A DNA stretch of 64,000 nt from Rickettsiales bacterium. Lineage in GTDB: Bacteria; Pseudomonadota; Alphaproteobacteria; Rickettsiales; UBA8987. Each line of letters starts with the position of its first letter. Position 1 is the stretch's first letter. Location: positions 705,893-769,892 of the forward strand of contig OZ244955.1 in the NCBI GenBank assembly GCA_965222525.1, written 5' to 3'. The notes beneath the pieces were generated by a model that saw only the letters and a program-made list of their open reading frames with translations, was not told the DNA's origin and made no database searches. Positions 9,840 through 20,219 of the stretch are shown piece by piece. The position numbers were made by a program, and so were the translations under genes.

Positions 9840-10127
9840 ATGTCAATTGATGCAAAAACGGTATGCAGAGTTGCAAAATTAGCGCGGATCAGGCTTGATG
9901 ATACCGAGGTGGAAAAGGCTGCCGGCCAGCTTACCCGTATATTTGACTGGATTGAACAATTGCAAGAAGTCGACACCGAAGGTGTGCCGGAGATGACGGG
10001 TGTTGGTGAATATACCCTGCGTATGCGTGATGATGTGGTGACTGATGGCAATATCCAGGAAGATATATTATCCAATGCCCCGAAATCCGAATTTGGCTGT
10101 TTCGTCGTACCCAAAATGGTGGAGTAG
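9840..10127 (+). CDS. gatC: Asp-tRNA(Asn)/Glu-tRNA(Gln) amidotransferase subunit C
   Basis: 95 aa with VAKLARIRLDDTEVEK...IFDWIEQLQEVDT, typical of GatC. Confidence 0.9.
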   Translation: MSIDAKTVCRVAKLARIRLDDTEVEKAAGQLTRIFDWIEQLQEVDTEGVPEMTGVGEYTLRMRDDVVTDGNIQEDILSNAPKSEFGCFVVPKMVE

Positions 10128-10162
10128 GGCGTCGTTACCAACAGTACCCTATTTTCGGTTTT

Positions 10163-10567
10163 TCATAACATTTTTATCAACAACGCTCCTAAAAATAGTC
10201 CTCCTATTGATAATAGTACCGATGAGAGTATGTATATTATAGCAGTTAATATTTCTCCTCGTTGCATTATAGAAAATACATCCAGGGAGAATGAGGAAAA
10301 CGTAGTAAAACCACCTAATACTCCAACTGTCAAAAATAGCCATATATTATGGGTATTATAAGTATGCTCCTCCGTATTGAAAAAGTAACGAAGAAAGACC
10401 ATAAATAACATTCCCATCAGAAAAGATCCTAGTATGTTGACTAAGAGTGTGCCATAAGGAAAATCCTTTCCTATAATTCTACTTACCGCCTCTACTGTAA
10501 TAAATCTTGCAATAGCGCCAATGGCTCCCCCTGCCGCAACAAGTCCTATAGATGTTATATTTATCAT
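10163..10567 (-). CDS. crcB: Fluoride ion channel CrcB/FluC
   Basis: Four TM segments, with GGAIGAIARF, GTLLVNILGSF and GGFTTFSSF. The start could also be the upstream ATG at 10612. Confidence 0.82.
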   Translation of the reverse strand: MINITSIGLVAAGGAIGAIARFITVEAVSRIIGKDFPYGTLLVNILGSFLMGMLFMVFLRYFFNTEEHTYNTHNIWLFLTVGVLGGFTTFSSFSLDVFSIMQRGEILTAIIYILSSVLLSIGGLFLGALLIKML

Positions 10568-10708
10568 TTGATTGTAAGTATTATTCCTTGGAGCAGAAGT
10601 CAACAAAGCCATTTTTGAACTTTCTTACTATTTCCTTTAGGTGATGTTAGGTACAATGCCCAAATCGCAGGCTTTACAAATAAGGGCGCTTAATGTTAGA
10701 AACAGCCT

Positions 10709-11455
10709 ATGGCAGGACATTCCAAATGGGCTAATATCAAGCATCGCAAGGGCGCGCAGGATAAGAAGCGTTCCAATATCTTCACCAAGGTCGGGCGGGA
10801 GATAATTGTGGCTGCCAAGATGGGCGGGTCGGACCAGGAATATAACCCGCGCCTGAGAGTGGCCGTAGCTGCCGCCAAAGCAGTGAATATGCCCAAGGAC
10901 AAGATAGATTATGCTATAAAGAAGGGAGCCGGAGAACTTGATGACGGCGAGACTTACGAGGAGATTCGTTATGAAGGTTATGGGCCTGGAGGAGTGGCGG
11001 TTATTATAGAAGTGCTGACGGATAATCGTAATCGCTCTGCATCCGATATACGTTCGATTCTCAACAAGGCGGGTGGTAGTCTCGGCGAATCGGGGAGTGT
11101 CAGCTTCCAGTTTGAGCGGGTCGGGATAATGCAGTACCCTGTTTCTACCGCTAGTGCCGATGATATGTTTGAAGCGGCACTGGAGGCGGGTGCAGATAAT
11201 TGTGAATCGGATGATAATATGCATGAGATTACCTGCAATCCTGATGATTTTAATGAGGCGCGTGATGTGTTGGTTAAAAGGTTCGGTGATCCGGAAACCT
11301 GTCGCCTCGACTGGAAGCCGAACAATACCATAGAAGTAAATCTTGAAACTGCGCAGAAAATCATGAAACTTATTGATACGCTGGAAGAAAATGATGATGT
11401 ACAGAACGTCTCCGCCAATTTCGATATCCCAGACGAAGTGGCAGAACAACTATAG
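10709..11455 (+). CDS. YebC/PmpR-family DNA-binding regulator
   Basis: N-terminus [21 protein letters not shown] is diagnostic. Confidence 0.93.
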   Translation: MAGHSKWANIKHRKGAQDKKRSNIFTKVGREIIVAAKMGGSDQEYNPRLRVAVAAAKAVNMPKDKIDYAIKKGAGELDDGETYEEIRYEGYGPGGVAVIIEVLTDNRNRSASDIRSILNKAGGSLGESGSVSFQFERVGIMQYPVSTASADDMFEAALEAGADNCESDDNMHEITCNPDDFNEARDVLVKRFGDPETCRLDWKPNNTIEVNLETAQKIMKLIDTLEENDDVQNVSANFDIPDEVAEQL

Positions 11456-11470
11456 TTATATCCCTCTGAT

Positions 11471-12058
11471 ATGAAAATCATCGGACTTACAGGCTCTATT
11501 GGTACAGGAAAAAGCTTTGTTGCCCAGTGTTTCAGGGAGCTTGGAGTGGCGGTGTTTGATGCTGATGCTGAGATTCATAATCTGCTGGAGAATGATGCAG
11601 AGGTTATATCGCTTGTAGAAGGGCAATTTCCCGAGTCGGTTTCGGATGGTAGGGTTAATCGCGCAATACTCGGAGAAATAGTATTCCATAATCCCGAGAA
11701 GCTAAAGATGCTGGAGAATATACTGCATCCTTTGGTGAGAAAAAGAGGGGAGGAGTTTATAAAAAAGGCCGAAGCTGATAATGCAAAGCTGGTGATTCAG
11801 GATATACCTTTATTGTTTGAAACAGGAGCAGATAAAACCTGCGATTACACTATTGTAGTTAAGGCTCCCGAGGATGTGCAGCGACAGCGGGTAATGCAGC
11901 GGGAAAATATGGATGACGATAAATATGAAGCTATAAACAGGCTGCAACTATCTCCCGCCGAGAAGGAGAAGCGGGCGGATTTTATTATTGATACCAACCT
12001 GCCCAGGGATAAGGTTAAGGGGCAGGTGAGAGGAGTGGTTGATGGGCTCCTTCTCTGA
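11471..12058 (+). CDS. coaE: Dephospho-CoA kinase
   Basis: P-loop IIGLTGSIGTGKS; the length and pattern are typical. Confidence 0.9.
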   Translation: MKIIGLTGSIGTGKSFVAQCFRELGVAVFDADAEIHNLLENDAEVISLVEGQFPESVSDGRVNRAILGEIVFHNPEKLKMLENILHPLVRKRGEEFIKKAEADNAKLVIQDIPLLFETGADKTCDYTIVVKAPEDVQRQRVMQRENMDDDKYEAINRLQLSPAEKEKRADFIIDTNLPRDKVKGQVRGVVDGLLL

Positions 12059-12059
12059 T

Positions 12060-12156
12060 TGTCATTCTGCTGTCTTGCAAAGCAAGGCGAGCAGAATCCA
12101 GAAAATATAAACTGGATCCTGCGCTAAATTGCTAAAGCAATTTCCGCAGGATGACA
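12060..12156. repeat. Family C double-hairpin element, copy C2
   Basis: Runs tgtcattctgctg...ccgcaggatgaca. It is the inverted copy of C1 and starts 2 nt after the coaE stop. Confidence 0.9.
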
Positions 12157-12169
12157 TTTATGATAACAT

Positions 12170-13414
12170 CTAGAATTTCCGCTTTAGTGCGAAGCTGACG
12201 ACGTCGAATTCCTCGCCGGTATTTTCTGTGCTGACGCTTCTTGAGGCGGAGAGCTCGGCTTCAAGCTTTTTGGCCAGTGTATATGACAGCGAGCCGCCGA
12301 AAGTTGCGCCTTCCTCTCCCAGCCGGTCATAGGCATAACCGCCATACAAACCCACATCAAGTTCGGGGATGATTTCCTTGCTCAGATTAACCGTAGCACT
12401 ATGGATTTCATAACTGGTTATCGGCAAAAGCTCAACTCCCGCCGAACGCTCCTTGGTATGGGCATATTCGGCGTTCATACCATATGCCAGGCTTATGAAT
12501 GTATCGCTGCCGAGGAAACTTTTGGCCGCCGAATAGGCAGGCACTATATAGGACAGGCCGGCATCCACTGTAGTGGTCTTGGCCACATCACTTTCGCCAT
12601 CGAGGTTATACATGTTATATGCAGCACCAACATTACCTATCAGGTTTGGGGCAAGCCGCTGCATACGGGACAGGCCGACATTATGCCGTGTACCGTTATC
12701 GACAATATTCTGGGTATAATTCCAGTCCGGCTTGTTGAAATTGGCCTTTATCTCGGTTTTGCCGTATAAATCACCGATACCGTATATTCCGCCGGCACCA
12801 ACATTATCCTCGGCACCGAAAATTGAACCACGGATAGTATAGTCATTCTCATAATCAATGAAAAACTCACCACGTTGCTTGTCATCCTCCACCCGCTGCA
12901 CAACGCCGTTCACCCGCCTTATCGAGGCTACACGAATCCGGTTATTCTCCAGATTCATACCGGCACTGTAATTTCTGTCATACCGATACTGGCCATTTAT
13001 ACGGGTAACCTGCTCCAGTTCGGTATCCCCGCTCATCTCTACTTTCCGCTCGGCACCGATAAAGGAGGCACGGGAAAGACGTACCTCCTCGATATATTCC
13101 TGAATAGCCTCGTTATGCGGGTCGAAACTATGTGCTTCTTCCAGCAATTCAATACCATCCGTGGTAAATCCGGCATGAAGGCTAGCCTCCGCTTCGGCAA
13201 GCAATACATCAGGGTGATTGGGGTGCTGCTGTTTCAGCTCTTCCAGTATGGCAAAGGCTTTCTTTATCTGCTCGCTGCGAATATATAACTCCACCTGGGT
13301 GAGTTTGAGTCGCATATCGGCAGTATCAGCCTGCGCATCCACATCATTCGGGGTGAGCAGTATAGTTGAAGCCAGCAATGATACTAATACAGTGTTTTTT
13401 AGTCTATATGACAT
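12170..13414 (-). CDS. Outer-membrane beta-barrel protein with N-terminal TPR-like segment (BcsC/PgaA/PelB-porin-like architecture)
   Basis: Signal peptide, one TPR-like helix pair, then alternating beta-strand pattern. It ends ..FALKRKF, with a C-terminal Phe. Confidence 0.6.
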   Translation of the reverse strand: MSYRLKNTVLVSLLASTILLTPNDVDAQADTADMRLKLTQVELYIRSEQIKKAFAILEELKQQHPNHPDVLLAEAEASLHAGFTTDGIELLEEAHSFDPHNEAIQEYIEEVRLSRASFIGAERKVEMSGDTELEQVTRINGQYRYDRNYSAGMNLENNRIRVASIRRVNGVVQRVEDDKQRGEFFIDYENDYTIRGSIFGAEDNVGAGGIYGIGDLYGKTEIKANFNKPDWNYTQNIVDNGTRHNVGLSRMQRLAPNLIGNVGAAYNMYNLDGESDVAKTTTVDAGLSYIVPAYSAAKSFLGSDTFISLAYGMNAEYAHTKERSAGVELLPITSYEIHSATVNLSKEIIPELDVGLYGGYAYDRLGEEGATFGGSLSYTLAKKLEAELSASRSVSTENTGEEFDVVSFALKRKF

Positions 13415-13470
13415 TTTGTTACCTTATGTTAAAGTTTGCGGCTCCTTTTTTGTTTAATGCTCCTAAACGA

Positions 13471-13705
13471 CGTGACTACCGCTCCCCCCTTGAGGGGGAG
13501 CAGATGAGACAAGGGCGTAGCCCGCAGTCGAATCGAGGGGGGTAGTGAGTGGAAATTAGAAACTGGAATCTGGAAAATAGAATGAGTTAGCTTCTATTCC
13601 AGTTTCTATTTTCCAGCTTCCAGTTTCCATCACCCCCCACCAATCGCCTGCGTTCCTACGGAACTTGGCTCTTGTACTCCCCCTCAAGGGGGGAGTGGTA
13701 GGCAA
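13471..13705. repeat. Family D palindromic element, copy D2
   Basis: Same arms as D1 but an unrelated stutter-type central hairpin (agaaactggaatctggaaaatagaa...). It lies between two co-directional genes. Confidence 0.9.
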
Positions 13706-13706
13706 G

Positions 13707-16430
13707 TTAATTCCTCTCAAGCAATCCTTCGGCAGCGGAAAACTCACCGATCTGAATCAGCACATTGGCATAATCGGCACGTAATTCCTTGCTTCTGGGA
13801 TATTTACTTAACAATTGTTTAAACAATGTTAAAGATTCGTTTACTTGTCTTTTTTTGAAAAGTAAATGTGCTTTTGCAAGCTCTGCGTCGAAATCAGGGT
13901 TTTTTATCTTGTCTATTTGCTTAAGTGCAACAGTGAAATGCCGGTTTGCCTCACCGACATTGCCTCCCCGATATAGAACCAGCCCGTAACTATAGTGAGT
14001 CCGGTAGTCTCCCTTGTTATTCTTCAGATAATTCTCAAACCGCTGTCCGGCATCACGATAGCGCCCTTTCTCAAATGCCAGATTGCCGAGCTTCTTGTGC
14101 ACGAAACCAGCCTCCGGCATTAACGAGGCTAGCTCGGTCAGGAATTTTTCCTCATCCTCCCCGGCAAACGCATCTTCATCAAAAGCCAGCAATATTATTT
14201 TATTACGGCGTTCAGGGTTTTTCTCACGCTCCAGTTCATCCTTTATCGCAGCGGCATATTTCTGCTTATCCTTTAACTCCGCCAGTGCATTAAAATATAT
14301 TGCGGCAGGGCTGTCAGGATTGGAATCCAGTATCGAGCTTCCTTTAAGCCAGTCAGGATTATCTTCCACCAGCCCGGCAATCAGTTTAAATTCTTTTTTG
14401 CCCTCCAGTATATTCAGCCATTTACCCTTGTTTTCTGCCTGCAAGATACGCTGTTTTATCCATTTTATATGTTCCGGAGCAGGTTTTTTCTCCCACATCT
14501 CCAGAAACTGCTCGACATATTCATTATCAAAATCCGCTTCCTGTGCCAGTTTGAAGAATATATTACGTGCAGTCTGCTCAAGCCCCAGTTCGAGTAATTG
14601 ATAGCCGTAATCACCCAGCTCTATAATATCGAAATCTTCTTCATTCAGCTTATGGGTGGCTATATCCAGCAGGTCCTGCTTGTAATCTTCTATGTCATGC
14701 CCATCCTTTGCCAGCCTGGCGATTGCAGTAATAAACTGGTCTTCCATCTCGGGGTTGATACCGGATAGCTCCCGCAGATGGCCAAGTGCCTCCTCCGACT
14801 GACCGTTATTTATTAGAGCTTCGGCAAGCAGAATCCGGTTTTCGGGTTTTGCAGATTTTTCATAAAGCATTGCAGCCGCCTGTGCGGCAATATCAAAATG
14901 CTTATATTCGCTTGCAGTGTAATATATATCGGAGAGCAGCTCATAATCGGCAAAATCCTCGGGTAATCCGGAAATCCACTCCTTTACCGACTCCTCCTTG
15001 CCGATTGCCGAGGCCATAAGCAGCCAGGTATAATGCGCATCCTTGTCACGGGTGGTATAATCGGCCAGATCAACCATAGCCTTCTCACCCATCCCTGCGG
15101 TTGCATAAACCCGTACTACATCCTCAATCGGGGCAAACTCTATCGCCCTGACTACAGGCATACTGGCGATAATCTCATCCGACTTGTCCTGCTGGCCGGT
15201 TCTCAGATATACACCAAGTAATATCCGCCGGTAATCAAAAGACAGCTTGTCTCCCTCTATTCCATCCAGAACGGTAATATCCCGCTTTTCAGCATATTCC
15301 AGGAAATCCGCCAGCACAGGATATTTCTGTAAAAACTCCTCTCCAAGATTATCGGCAGTGCTATGGGCAATTTCCGGAAGGTTCTGCCTGATAGCAAATT
15401 CGGTAAGCAATATCACCGTATATTCGGACATATTATGTAACGCTATATTATCGGTAATATCCCTGATAACCTCCATATCCTTGCGGGCTATGGCAAGGTC
15501 GATATAAGTATCCTGTAATCGTACAGGAAGTGAACTAGTCAGGCTATATTCACCCAGACCGGCATAAGCCTCGTCATTCAACCCGTTGGCTATCTGCAAA
15601 TTGATAAACTCGGCGAATAATGCAGTATTTGTTTTTACTTCCTCCTCAAACCTGCCGATAAATTTCAGCGCCAGGCCAGGGTGACCCTTCTGGGATATAA
15701 GGGTGGTCAGTAATATAATATTGTTACTTCTCTCTATTGCCTTGACAGGATTATTATCTATATAATTCCTCGCAATCCGCAGAGCCTTTTCTTTCTGCCT
15801 GTCATCAAGCAATAACCCGACCAGTAATCCGGCACTTTGCGGGCTGATCCTGCCATTCTGCCGGTTCATTAGATACTCCATTGCCGATATGGCGTCACTG
15901 TAATTCTCCTCCCTGGCATATAGATAACTCAGCTTGACATAATTATACTCACTGGCGCTCTGACCCGGAAACAGCATAAGCTGTTCCAGTAACTCCTTCA
16001 GCTTTTCATAATTACCGCCGGTTTCGTAAAAATAGGCCAGTTTCCTGAAGCTGCCGGCGGAAGGGTGCTTTTTATGGATTTTCTCCAGTGTGGCTATATA
16101 TTCCGGAGTCTTTTGTGCATCCTTGTAAAGCCTTGCCAGCTTGTGCAGCGCATATACCGAATGCGGGTTATCCTCGACAAACCCCTCAATAATCTGTATG
16201 GCATTTTCCACCCTGCCATATTCTATGTAAAGCTCGGCAAGCGGTATGATAACATTGGCCGAACGGTCACCGGCATCAATAAGTGCCTTGTATTTCCGCA
16301 ATGCATTCTGGAAGTTCTTGTCCTCCAGATTCATCAGTGCAATCTCGGTACGGGTCGGCTTCATCAGCACCCCCACAGTCAGACCCGCCGCCACCAGCAG
16401 CAATGTGATTATGTAATAGCGAAAGTTCAT
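13707..16430 (-). CDS. Large TPR-repeat protein with N-terminal membrane anchor
   Basis: 907 aa with one N-terminal TM segment. TPR-like helical repeats occur throughout (..AELYIEYGRVENAIQ.., ..YSYGLVLYRGGNVGEA..). Confidence 0.7.
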   Translation of the reverse strand: MNFRYYIITLLLVAAGLTVGVLMKPTRTEIALMNLEDKNFQNALRKYKALIDAGDRSANVIIPLAELYIEYGRVENAIQIIEGFVEDNPHSVYALHKLARLYKDAQKTPEYIATLEKIHKKHPSAGSFRKLAYFYETGGNYEKLKELLEQLMLFPGQSASEYNYVKLSYLYAREENYSDAISAMEYLMNRQNGRISPQSAGLLVGLLLDDRQKEKALRIARNYIDNNPVKAIERSNNIILLTTLISQKGHPGLALKFIGRFEEEVKTNTALFAEFINLQIANGLNDEAYAGLGEYSLTSSLPVRLQDTYIDLAIARKDMEVIRDITDNIALHNMSEYTVILLTEFAIRQNLPEIAHSTADNLGEEFLQKYPVLADFLEYAEKRDITVLDGIEGDKLSFDYRRILLGVYLRTGQQDKSDEIIASMPVVRAIEFAPIEDVVRVYATAGMGEKAMVDLADYTTRDKDAHYTWLLMASAIGKEESVKEWISGLPEDFADYELLSDIYYTASEYKHFDIAAQAAAMLYEKSAKPENRILLAEALINNGQSEEALGHLRELSGINPEMEDQFITAIARLAKDGHDIEDYKQDLLDIATHKLNEEDFDIIELGDYGYQLLELGLEQTARNIFFKLAQEADFDNEYVEQFLEMWEKKPAPEHIKWIKQRILQAENKGKWLNILEGKKEFKLIAGLVEDNPDWLKGSSILDSNPDSPAAIYFNALAELKDKQKYAAAIKDELEREKNPERRNKIILLAFDEDAFAGEDEEKFLTELASLMPEAGFVHKKLGNLAFEKGRYRDAGQRFENYLKNNKGDYRTHYSYGLVLYRGGNVGEANRHFTVALKQIDKIKNPDFDAELAKAHLLFKKRQVNESLTLFKQLLSKYPRSKELRADYANVLIQIGEFSAAEGLLERN

Positions 16431-16436
16431 CTTTCA

Positions 16437-16475
16437 AAGAATTTAAGAATACAAGAATCAGGAATACAGGAAATA
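16437..16475. repeat. Stutter tract, AGGAATA type (period ~8)
   Basis: Sequence is aagaatttaagaatacaagaatcaggaatacaggaaata. It shares 20 identical nt with the reverse complement of 37665..37699. It lies directly upstream of the TPR gene start. Confidence 0.8.
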
Positions 16476-16749
16476 TGTTATTAAGTTAATTTATTTACCT
16501 TTTGCAAGAAAATTTACTTAATAAATTATAGAAAATCTGTCGGTAATTTTTATATAAATTTATTTCAACTTGTGACAAAAATCCTTATATTTCAATTATT
16601 TAAGCAATTTTTAACTTGACTTAACGGTTTTTAACATGATATAATTTGCCTGTAAGTGTGTCATAGAATCATCTAAATTCAGACCCAGACCGTATTTATA
16701 TAACTTATCGGCCTTGAGTCTCCTTTTAGCACAAACGAGGGAGGTGGCC

Positions 16750-17676
16750 ATGCAAACCAGCACAAACCGCAACCAGGGATTTGCCCTGTTCGAGACAGCC
16801 ATGGTGGTAATTATCATCGGACTGCTTGTCGGAGTATTAACCAGTGCCAGCGATTTACGCAGGGCGGCACAGGTGAGGTCGGTTGTTGCCGATGTAATCA
16901 ATTACAAGACGGTTATAAATGCCTTCAAGATGCAATATCACGCCCTGCCGGGTGATATTGATAATGCGACCGAATTCTGGTCATCATGCACCGATGACGG
17001 CTCCAATACATGTAATGGTAACGGTGACGGTGTTATCCAGCCTTCCGACTCGGAAGGATTGCGCGCATGGCAGCATCTAAGCCTGGCCGGGCTGATTCCC
17101 AGCGATAATTCCGGTATACTTGATGACAGTGAGTTAATCAGCTCGTTGCAGGAGACACTGGAACATCAGCATGAATTTCACCTCGCGGATTTATTCGTAA
17201 GCCCTGCTTATGCCAAACAGCCGAAAGTGGAAATCTGCCATAATGATGTTACTATAGTTGTAGCGTTACCTGCCGTGTTAAATGCCCATCTGGCGCATGG
17301 TGATACTATTGGTTCATGCGAAGGTGCCGGCGGTGAAGGCGGCACAGGCGGTGGCGAGCTGGGTAATGACGGTAAATTCACTATCGGCTATAACATTCCT
17401 GCCGCATCAAGAGTCAAGGGAGGTGGTTACAAAATCGACTGGAATGACAGTAACCTGATAACATTTGCCAGCGAGCGCCCACCTTTCCTTGACGGCTCCA
17501 TACTTACCGCGGTCAATGCCTGGTCCGTTGACTCCAAAATTGATGACAGCTTTGCCGCAAGCGGTTATGTAATCTCCGCCAAGGGCGAGGAAGCAGGGAG
17601 CGGTTGTGTTGATGATAACGGATACTTCGTTGACGGCAGCGGCACCAGATGCCAGATGCATTTCTGGCTGGATTGA
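16750..17676 (+). CDS. Prepilin-type N-terminal cleavage/methylation domain protein (pilin/pseudopilin-like), paralog 1
   Basis: gggagg RBS followed by ATG at 16750. Has the NQG/FALFETAMVVIIIGLLVGV class-III signal. It shares the LPGD and CNGNGDG motifs with 41569..42330. Confidence 0.72.
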   Translation: MQTSTNRNQGFALFETAMVVIIIGLLVGVLTSASDLRRAAQVRSVVADVINYKTVINAFKMQYHALPGDIDNATEFWSSCTDDGSNTCNGNGDGVIQPSDSEGLRAWQHLSLAGLIPSDNSGILDDSELISSLQETLEHQHEFHLADLFVSPAYAKQPKVEICHNDVTIVVALPAVLNAHLAHGDTIGSCEGAGGEGGTGGGELGNDGKFTIGYNIPAASRVKGGGYKIDWNDSNLITFASERPPFLDGSILTAVNAWSVDSKIDDSFAASGYVISAKGEEAGSGCVDDNGYFVDGSGTRCQMHFWLD

Positions 17677-17700
17677 TTTCATCCCTTACCACTTGGGCAA

Positions 17701-17748
17701 ATGATGTGGGATCCGGATGATAGATGATGGATTATAGATGATAGAAGC
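17701..17748. repeat. Stutter tract, GATGATA type (period ~7)
   Basis: Sequence is gatgatagatgatggattatagatgatagaag. It abuts the A1 element. Confidence 0.7.
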
Positions 17749-17836
17749 TGTCATCCCGAACTTGTTTCGGGATCCATCTATCAACACACTCCATGGTAAA
17801 TGGAGAAATGGATGCTGAAACGAGTTCAGCATGACA
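17749..17836. repeat. Family A MITE-like element, short copy A1
   Basis: Runs tgtcatcccgaacttgtttcgggatcc...ggatgctgaaacgagttcagcatgaca, with an internal deletion relative to the 150-bp copies. Confidence 0.85.
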
Positions 17837-18007
17837 CAGCCACCAGCGCACAATTGGATTCCACCTCGTAAGCCCCCTGACGAAAAATCATAGATTTTCC
17901 TGCTCGTCTAACGTCTGGAATTACATATGTGTAAAAATTATTGGATGGTAAGATTTCATACCGGCTTTTGTTTGCCAATAACAACATTCCGGCTATAATC
18001 CTGCGTT

Positions 18008-19498
18008 ATGTATGAATCCTTGAGAGATTTTATTACGGCGCTGGAGAAGAAGGGTGACCTGGTGCGGATTAAGACCGAGGTTGATCCTTACCTGGAAATT
18101 ACCGAGATACATAGACGTGTATTACATCAGGGCGGCCCTGCATTGTTATTTGAAAATGTAAAGCATTCCCTCCATCAGCCATCAACTATCAACTATCAAC
18201 CTACCGTATTAGCCAACCTGTTTGGCACTGTAGAACGTGTTGCCATGGGGATGGGACGCAAGCCCGAGGAACTGCGTGAAGTTGGCGAGATGATTGCATT
18301 CCTGCGCCAGCCGGAACCTCCGGGTGGCTGGCGTGAGGCTATGCATATGTTGCCACTGGTGAAGAAAATCATGGCGATGAAACCGCGTGTAGTTAAAAAG
18401 GCCCCATGTCAGGAAGTGGTGTTGACTGGTGATGATATCGACCTTGGGCTGTTTCCTGTACAGACCTGCTGGCCGGAGGATGTATCACCGCTTATTACCT
18501 GGCCGCTGGTAGTGACCAAGGGGCCGGCAAAGGACAAAACCGACAGTTATAATCTCGGCATATACCGCATGCAGGTGACCGGCCGCAATACTACCCTGAT
18601 GCGCTGGCTGAAGCACCGTGGCGGGGCGCAGCATTACCGCAGATGGCAGCAGGAAAAGCTGGAGCCGCTGCCTGCTGCGGCTGTAATCGGAGCCGACCCG
18701 GCGACCATCCTTGCGGCGGTAACTCCGGTTCCGGATACGGTTTCGGAATATGATTTCTCCGGCCTGTTGCGGGGAAAAAAGCTTGATCTGGTGGATTGCA
18801 GGACGGTTCCATTGCAGGTTCCGGCTAATGCAGAGATTGTACTGGAGGGGTATGTAAGCCTTGACGAATCTGGGGATGAGGGACCGTTCGGTGACCATAC
18901 CGGTTTTTACAATTCGGTGGAGAAATTTCCGGTATTTACCATATCCGCTATTACCATGCGCAAAAAGCCGATATACCTTAGCACATATACCGGCAAGCCG
19001 CCTGACGAGCCCTCGATTCTGGGCGAGGCACTCAATGAGGTGTTCATCCCGCTTCTGCAGCAGCAATTTCCTGAAATAGTTGATTTCTGGCTGCCGCCGG
19101 AAGGATGCTCATACCGGGTGGCGGTGGTGTCGATAAAAAAGGCGTATCCCGGCCATGCCAGGCGGATAATGATGGGTGTGTGGTCATATCTGCGGCAGTT
19201 TACCTATACCAAATGGGTAATTGTAGTGGATGAGGATATTGACTGCCGCAACTGGAAGGAAGTTATATGGGCGATATCGGTTAATATGGATCCGGTACGT
19301 GATATTGTGACGGTTGAAAATACCCCGATAGATTACCTTGATTTTGCATCGGCTAAATCAGGGCTGGGCAGCAAGGCCGGTCTGGATGCCACCACAAAAG
19401 TCCCCCCCGAAACTTCCCGCGAATGGGGCCGTGAAATAAAAATGTCCGATGAGGTGATGGAGATTGTTAATAGGAAATGGGAGGAGTATTGGGGATAG
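18008..19498 (+). CDS. ubiD: 4-hydroxy-3-polyprenylbenzoate decarboxylase (UbiD family)
   Basis: Collinear with UbiD from end to end ([40 protein letters not shown]). Confidence 0.93.
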   Translation: MYESLRDFITALEKKGDLVRIKTEVDPYLEITEIHRRVLHQGGPALLFENVKHSLHQPSTINYQPTVLANLFGTVERVAMGMGRKPEELREVGEMIAFLRQPEPPGGWREAMHMLPLVKKIMAMKPRVVKKAPCQEVVLTGDDIDLGLFPVQTCWPEDVSPLITWPLVVTKGPAKDKTDSYNLGIYRMQVTGRNTTLMRWLKHRGGAQHYRRWQQEKLEPLPAAAVIGADPATILAAVTPVPDTVSEYDFSGLLRGKKLDLVDCRTVPLQVPANAEIVLEGYVSLDESGDEGPFGDHTGFYNSVEKFPVFTISAITMRKKPIYLSTYTGKPPDEPSILGEALNEVFIPLLQQQFPEIVDFWLPPEGCSYRVAVVSIKKAYPGHARRIMMGVWSYLRQFTYTKWVIVVDEDIDCRNWKEVIWAISVNMDPVRDIVTVENTPIDYLDFASAKSGLGSKAGLDATTKVPPETSREWGREIKMSDEVMEIVNRKWEEYWG

Positions 19499-19647
19499 CT
19501 TTGTCTATTTCTTATCCCTAACGGGGATTTTAAAATACTCTAGTTGCAACGCTTGAGAGTATTGCCTTATAGATAGTTATATTGCATGTGTTTGCTTTTC
19601 TTCACTATGGATTTTTCTAATTTTACTTACGTAAAATTAGAAAATAC

Positions 19648-19972
19648 TATAGTATTGATTTGTGCGAACGAGTTGTATCGTTTGTTTCTGGTGGTGGCAG
19701 CAAGCTTGAGGCCTCTCGTCGCTTTTCGGTCAGCGTCTGGTGCGTCAATGACTGGTGGTCTCGGGATGATTTACACCCCAAACCGCATGGTTGCAGACAG
19801 CGCAAACTGAACAGGGACGCTGTTAAGCGTCATTTCAAAGTTGTGTCCAAAATCTACTATAATTATGGACAATGCCGCATTCCACAAAAAGAAGGATATT
19901 GTGGAGATGGCTGAAAAAGCAGGGCATGAAGCCATTTTCCTGCCTCCGTATTCACCAGACTTTAATCCCTTC
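19648..19972 (+). mobile_element. IS630/Tc1-mariner-family transposase remnant (internally deleted, frameshifted)
   Basis: An N-terminal HTH piece (RVVSFVSGGGSKLEASRRFSVSVWCVNDWW) is in one frame. A C-terminal DDE piece (DNAAFHKKKD..IFLPPYSPDFNP) is in another frame. The middle of the gene is missing. Confidence 0.7.
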
Positions 19973-20219
19973 GGGTATAATTCCCCGCCCCTTGGGGCGA
20001 AAGAATAATATAATCCGAACTGATGCCCCGTAGCTTGCTACGGGGTAGTTCATTACGGACAGGAATGAGGATGTACATGTTGACCTGATGAAGGGCTACG
20101 CTGCTCTTGAGGAAAAGACAGGCGAGACTCAACCTATAATTGGTGACTGGGTAAAACGGGAGGCTAATACTATGTATTTCCTTGCGCCTGCAACACAGAG
20201 TTGATAAAGTGTTAAGGCT

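Noticed and set aside
10568-10708. A fluoride riboswitch (crcB motif) upstream of crcB.
   Set aside because: I read the minus-strand leader and could not find the conserved crcB-motif core or its pseudoknot pairing. The spacer to the divergent yebC gene is short.
10637-11481. Long antisense ORFs (270 aa and 167 aa) opposite the YebC-family gene.
   Set aside because: YebC is unambiguous on the plus strand. The antisense products have no motifs and an implausible composition.
16437-16475. Stutter tracts as a CRISPR array, or as CsrA/RsmA-titrating GGA-repeat sRNAs.
   Set aside because: The repeats are contiguous 7-8-mers with no unique spacers, and there are no cas genes, so they are not CRISPR. 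The CsrA idea rests only on AGGA motifs. No csrA gene is in the window, and I have no evidence that the tracts are transcribed as discrete RNAs.
19534-19563. The hairpin aatactct-N14-agagtatt after ubiD as a rho-independent terminator.
   Set aside because: The stem is only 8 bp and AT-rich, the loop is 14 nt, and no T-tract follows.
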